This document shows positions 60,536 to 64,000 of a stretch of 64,000 nucleotides of DNA, piece by piece (the first letter of the stretch is position 1; each line of letters starts with the position of its first letter). The position numbers were made by a program, and so were the translations under genes. The notes beneath the pieces were generated by a model. That model saw only the letters and a program-made list of their open reading frames with translations, was not told the origin of the DNA and did not search any database. Origin of the DNA: an uncultured delta proteobacterium (GTDB taxonomy: Bacteria; Desulfobacterota; Desulfobacteria; Desulfobacterales; QNYZ01); assembly GCA_963845145.1 (NCBI GenBank), contig CAWJQU010000005.1, positions 1,120,001 to 1,184,000 of the forward strand. Reading direction: 5' to 3'.

Positions 60536-61837
60536 TTACAACCGTTGGATCAAGTAAATATATGTCGGTATAGGACTCGAGGATTTTAACTTAAAAAATA
60601 ATTGTAACAAATCATCCTGTCTTTGATTATCCACGACCGGCCGCCCTTTTTGACGATCCATGAAAGGCGATAGGTAGATGGCCCCCTTTTTTGCCAAGGA
60701 ATCAGGCACGCTTTCGAGTAATTCGGTTAGAGATTGATTGTGATCAGGCGAAAGTTGCTCTCCCAGAAGAAAATTACCGGTAATTTCGATGCTGTCGAAA
60801 TTTTGATTGACTTCGAGCATTTTCTGGAAAGCATTGCGAATTTTAGAGGTATCAAGGGGCTTACGAAGACTCTCCAGAGTGGGGCCGTCAACAGATTCGA
60901 AGCCAACATTGATGTAGGTATAAAAAGGCAAATGGTTTAGTTCTTCAAACAATTTGTTGTCGGCTTCAAGCATGGAATCCACACTGCCAAATATGAAAAG
61001 GATCGGTTTCTTAGACCGTTTGTCCTCAAAACCGAAGGCCGCGACTGCTTCGGTGGCGCTCATGATTAGTTTATCACCTGCCCCAAGAGCATCGTGGTTA
61101 CCCAAAAACAGGGCTTTATAGTTCCCCAAATCGCGCCCATAAAAAGTTTTTAATCGTTGAATCTGCTGAAGGATATGATCGTTGGATCTGGGTTTAAAGT
61201 GTTGGGGGGATTTCACACAACAAAACTTGCAATGATACCGACATCCGTCGGCAATGATTAGGGGAATGACCTCATAGTCCACATGGCGCGTATCCGGTGG
61301 AAGTACTGAAATTCGCCCGCCGGTGATTTCCCGCAACATTTCCGCATGTGTGTGCAGTACGTTTTCATTGTTATCGACAATAGTGCTTAAAAAATCTTTA
61401 ATACCAGAGGGCGCATCGCCACGCTGCAACTCGTAAAGGCTTGCATATAACTGCGACCATGCCCCAAAAGCCTGCATTAAATTGGAATCCGTGTAGGGAT
61501 TGAACTCCCAAAGCGAATTGCTGGGATAGGGAAAACATGGAAGGTAATATTCACCCAGCCAGTCAATGATGCGGCTGATCCCGCTAGTTGAGCCTACCGA
61601 ATAGAAGACCCAGTCATTCCCATCGGTCCGTTTTAAAAAGGCATAGGGATGAGGCCAGCTTGCGTTGAGGCCACGAATGGATTTGATCTGACCTCTTAAA
61701 TTAAAGTGAAAGGCGTAATCGGGTGTCTTAATCTCAGAATATTTTCCAAATGGTTGTGGAGAACGTGCCTTTGCATAGTTTTTATTGCCTTCTTTTTCAC
61801 TGGTGATCATTAGGTTTTTAAGACGGTAAGATGCCAT
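60536..61837 (-). CDS. Radical SAM protein of unknown function
   Basis: CxxxCxxC 'CRYHCKFC' after a ~195-aa N-terminal extension. 'NVGFES'. Confidence 0.85.
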   Translation of the reverse strand: MASYRLKNLMITSEKEGNKNYAKARSPQPFGKYSEIKTPDYAFHFNLRGQIKSIRGLNASWPHPYAFLKRTDGNDWVFYSVGSTSGISRIIDWLGEYYLPCFPYPSNSLWEFNPYTDSNLMQAFGAWSQLYASLYELQRGDAPSGIKDFLSTIVDNNENVLHTHAEMLREITGGRISVLPPDTRHVDYEVIPLIIADGCRYHCKFCCVKSPQHFKPRSNDHILQQIQRLKTFYGRDLGNYKALFLGNHDALGAGDKLIMSATEAVAAFGFEDKRSKKPILFIFGSVDSMLEADNKLFEELNHLPFYTYINVGFESVDGPTLESLRKPLDTSKIRNAFQKMLEVNQNFDSIEITGNFLLGEQLSPDHNQSLTELLESVPDSLAKKGAIYLSPFMDRQKGRPVVDNQRQDDLLQLFFKLKSSSPIPTYIYLIQRL

Positions 61838-62046
61838 TTAATTCTTTCATTGTTTGAAGCGTGATACCTCCCGGACCACCCAGGGGATATTTGGTTAGAG
61901 CGTTCGATGTTCACGTGTCATTGTTTATCCATTATATCCATGGTATTTATTATGGTATTCGATTAAAATATTTTGTTTTAAACTGTATTATTTATAGATA
62001 GTTGTGAAGTGGTATGTTTGTCCAACGAATTATTTAGATTTAGATT

Positions 62047-62061
62047 ATCGAAAATAACGAT
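62047..62061. promoter_or_regulatory. LysR-type T-N11-A box
   Basis: ATCG-N7-CGAT just upstream of the LysR gene. Confidence 0.55.
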
Positions 62062-62075
62062 TAAGAACGGTAACA

Positions 62076-62980
62076 ATGAATCTGCAACAATTAAAAACCT
62101 TTCGAACCGCGGCCACTCTGTTGAATTTCAACCGAACCGCAAAAGTCCTTAACTATGCTCAATCCACGGTGTCGGCCCAGATAAAAGCTTTGGAGGAGGA
62201 GGTCGGTGTCCCTCTTTTCGAACGAATCGGTAAAAAGGTCAGCCTGACAGAGGCCGGTGGCAAGATGTTACTCTACACCCAAAAATTTCTTGCCATTGAA
62301 GCAGAGGCACTATCGGAGGTTACCGGGCGCCGTAATTCAGGGGGTATATTGACGATAAGGATGCCCCAGACTGTGGCCACTTATCACTTTCCGCAGATAT
62401 TGGCCGAATTTCAATCACAATCACCAGAGATCAGATTGGATATCAGCAGTTGTGCCCTATATAGCCTGGCGCATGAACTTCAAATTGGAACGGTTGATCT
62501 GGCATTTTTATTGGCCGAATCGGTCCAGTCCGATCATTTAAAAACAGCCGTCCTGGGTATCGAAGAACTGGTAATTGTGGCCGGCCGGCATAGCCCTTTG
62601 GCATCCAAAAAACGGGTTCATCTCCAAGATCTCAGGGATTATCCTCTTTTTCTACCTAAAGCCGATTGTGGCTATCGTATGACTTTCGAACAGACCTTGG
62701 TCGCCGAAAAGGTCGAGCCTCTGGCGATTCTAGAGCTTAATAGCATTGAAGCAATTAAAAAATGTGTCATCGCCGGATTGGGGGTAACGGTTATCCCCAA
62801 GATCGCGGTTCAAGAAGAGCTCGATCAAAAAAAATGGTTCAGTTGGCCTGGAATGAGGATTTGGAAGTGGCTTTGATAATGATCTGGCACAAAGAGCGAT
62901 GGATTTCGCCCACCCTGCAATTTTTTATGGATACGGTAAGGAAAGTGACGCGTCGTAATTATGGGACACCATTTGAATAA
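62076..62980 (+). CDS. LysR family regulator with a frameshift in an A8 tract at 62827-62834
   Basis: 'NFNRTAKVLNYAQSTVSAQIKALE'. The typical tail 'MIWHKERWISPTLQFFMD' lies in the shifted frame. Confidence 0.8.
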
Positions 62981-62990
62981 AAGGGAAAAT

Positions 62991-63770
62991 ATGAACAAAA
63001 TTATTGACACCGAATCATTGTCAAAAGAAGCCATAGAACAAATTTGGCGCTTGGTTACATCAACCGAATCTCTGGAAAATATCGATCCGGTTGCGATCTC
63101 GTTTCAGGGATCGGGAACCCGAACCCGGACTACTTTTATTCAAGCCCTATCGCACCTGGGGTTACAATACATCGAGCTTCCGCTGTTTTTGGAAACAAAA
63201 GAAAGAGCACAAGACCTGGCTGGATACTTAGATCCGTTTTATTCCCTTTATGTCGTTCGCCACAATGACCATGAGCGGATGAAAGCCTTTTCGAATGCAT
63301 CGCGGCGGCCGGTGATTAATGCCATGTCATCTTTAGAGCACCCTTGTGAAGCGCTATCGGATGCGTATTGGTTTCATACCGTTGTAAAACCACTTGATAA
63401 AGCAAATATTGTCCTATGGGGTCCCTCGACCAATGTCTTAAGAAGCTGGGCCAATCTCGCGAGTACGTGGGGTTCAAGCGTTACCCTGATAGATAGATCC
63501 TTAGATGACCTTCCAAAAAATATTGACCTTATCGTTACCGATGGGTGGCCGCAGACATATGAAGAACGAAACTTGCATCTCACCCAAAGCCATCTAAAGC
63601 AGATGGGGTTGCCCTTTCTTCTACCCACACCACCTTTTGCCATCGGCCAAGAGCTGGATTTTGATCCCCTTCTTTATGACAACTTCGCCGGTTACAACCA
63701 GAAACGATATTTGCTGAAGGTGCAAAAAGCGATCATCCGATATGTCATTGATGAATATACCACCTCATAA
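62991..63770 (+). CDS. Divergent ornithine/aspartate carbamoyltransferase-family protein
   Basis: 'GTRTR', 'VINAM...HPCEAL', 'VTDGW'. Lacks canonical STRT and HCLP. Confidence 0.7.
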   Translation: MNKIIDTESLSKEAIEQIWRLVTSTESLENIDPVAISFQGSGTRTRTTFIQALSHLGLQYIELPLFLETKERAQDLAGYLDPFYSLYVVRHNDHERMKAFSNASRRPVINAMSSLEHPCEALSDAYWFHTVVKPLDKANIVLWGPSTNVLRSWANLASTWGSSVTLIDRSLDDLPKNIDLIVTDGWPQTYEERNLHLTQSHLKQMGLPFLLPTPPFAIGQELDFDPLLYDNFAGYNQKRYLLKVQKAIIRYVIDEYTTS

Positions 63771-63809
63771 TATTGATTCAAAAAGGAGTCGAATAAATCG
63801 TTTTAAAAC

Positions 63810-64000
63810 ATGGGTAAAGACCCAATCAACTTTGTAAGTCGCTGGGTTAGGCGATTATATTCCACACGCATGATGTTGGCCCTGCTACTAGCTGTCTTCG
63901 GTTTTTTCTGGCTATTCAGTGTCTCACATTTTCCCCTTTCCAACCCGGAACTGTTAAAACTCAGCCGTCGTGAGGGATTGCTCGATCTGATGCCATTCTA
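63810..64000 (+). CDS. Putative membrane protein (3'-truncated by window edge)
   Basis: Open frame MGKDPINF...MMLALLLAVFGFFWLFSV...LLDLMPF with a hydrophobic segment. Confidence 0.5.
   Translation, partial: MGKDPINFVSRWVRRLYSTRMMLALLLAVFGFFWLFSVSHFPLSNPELLKLSRREGLLDLMPF

Overview
64 kb of an anaerobic bacterial chromosome. Gene content (tungsten AOR, NfnAB, many corrinoid methyltransferases, Fe-S proteins) suggests a Desulfobacterales-like deltaproteobacterium, which is an inference. Most of the window is an amino-acid/methylated-amine catabolic region: histidine utilisation (hutU, hutH, hutI, hutC, bifunctional ftcd, polar amino-acid ABC transporter), three pyrrolysine-free MttB-family methyltransferases, two corrinoid proteins, a pyrrolysine-free MtmB homologue, two MtaA/UroD-family methyltransferases, a Dpp-type ABC transporter, an E. 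coli ygc-like cassette and a 1.5-kaa GlmS-like protein. The ORF track hides two probable selenocysteine recoding events. (1) An MtaA-family methyltransferase has TGA at its conserved Zn-ligand Cys (PG-C-DIP), followed by a SECIS-like hairpin. It lies in an operon of corrinoid protein, MtmB-like protein, two MT2-like proteins, HutI and a PLP C-S lyase. (2) An 86-aa protein after a TPR/TonB-dependent receptor gene would end in U-VWIDSRWI-U-D, with a SECIS-like hairpin 11 nt after the second TGA. Also seen: an internally deleted acsE-like pseudogene, an mttB remnant bracketing the ygc-like cassette, a long structured 5' leader, two single-base frameshifts, a REP doublet and short tandem repeats. 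No rRNA, tRNA, CRISPR array or transposase was recognised. All family calls come from motif recognition, not database searches.
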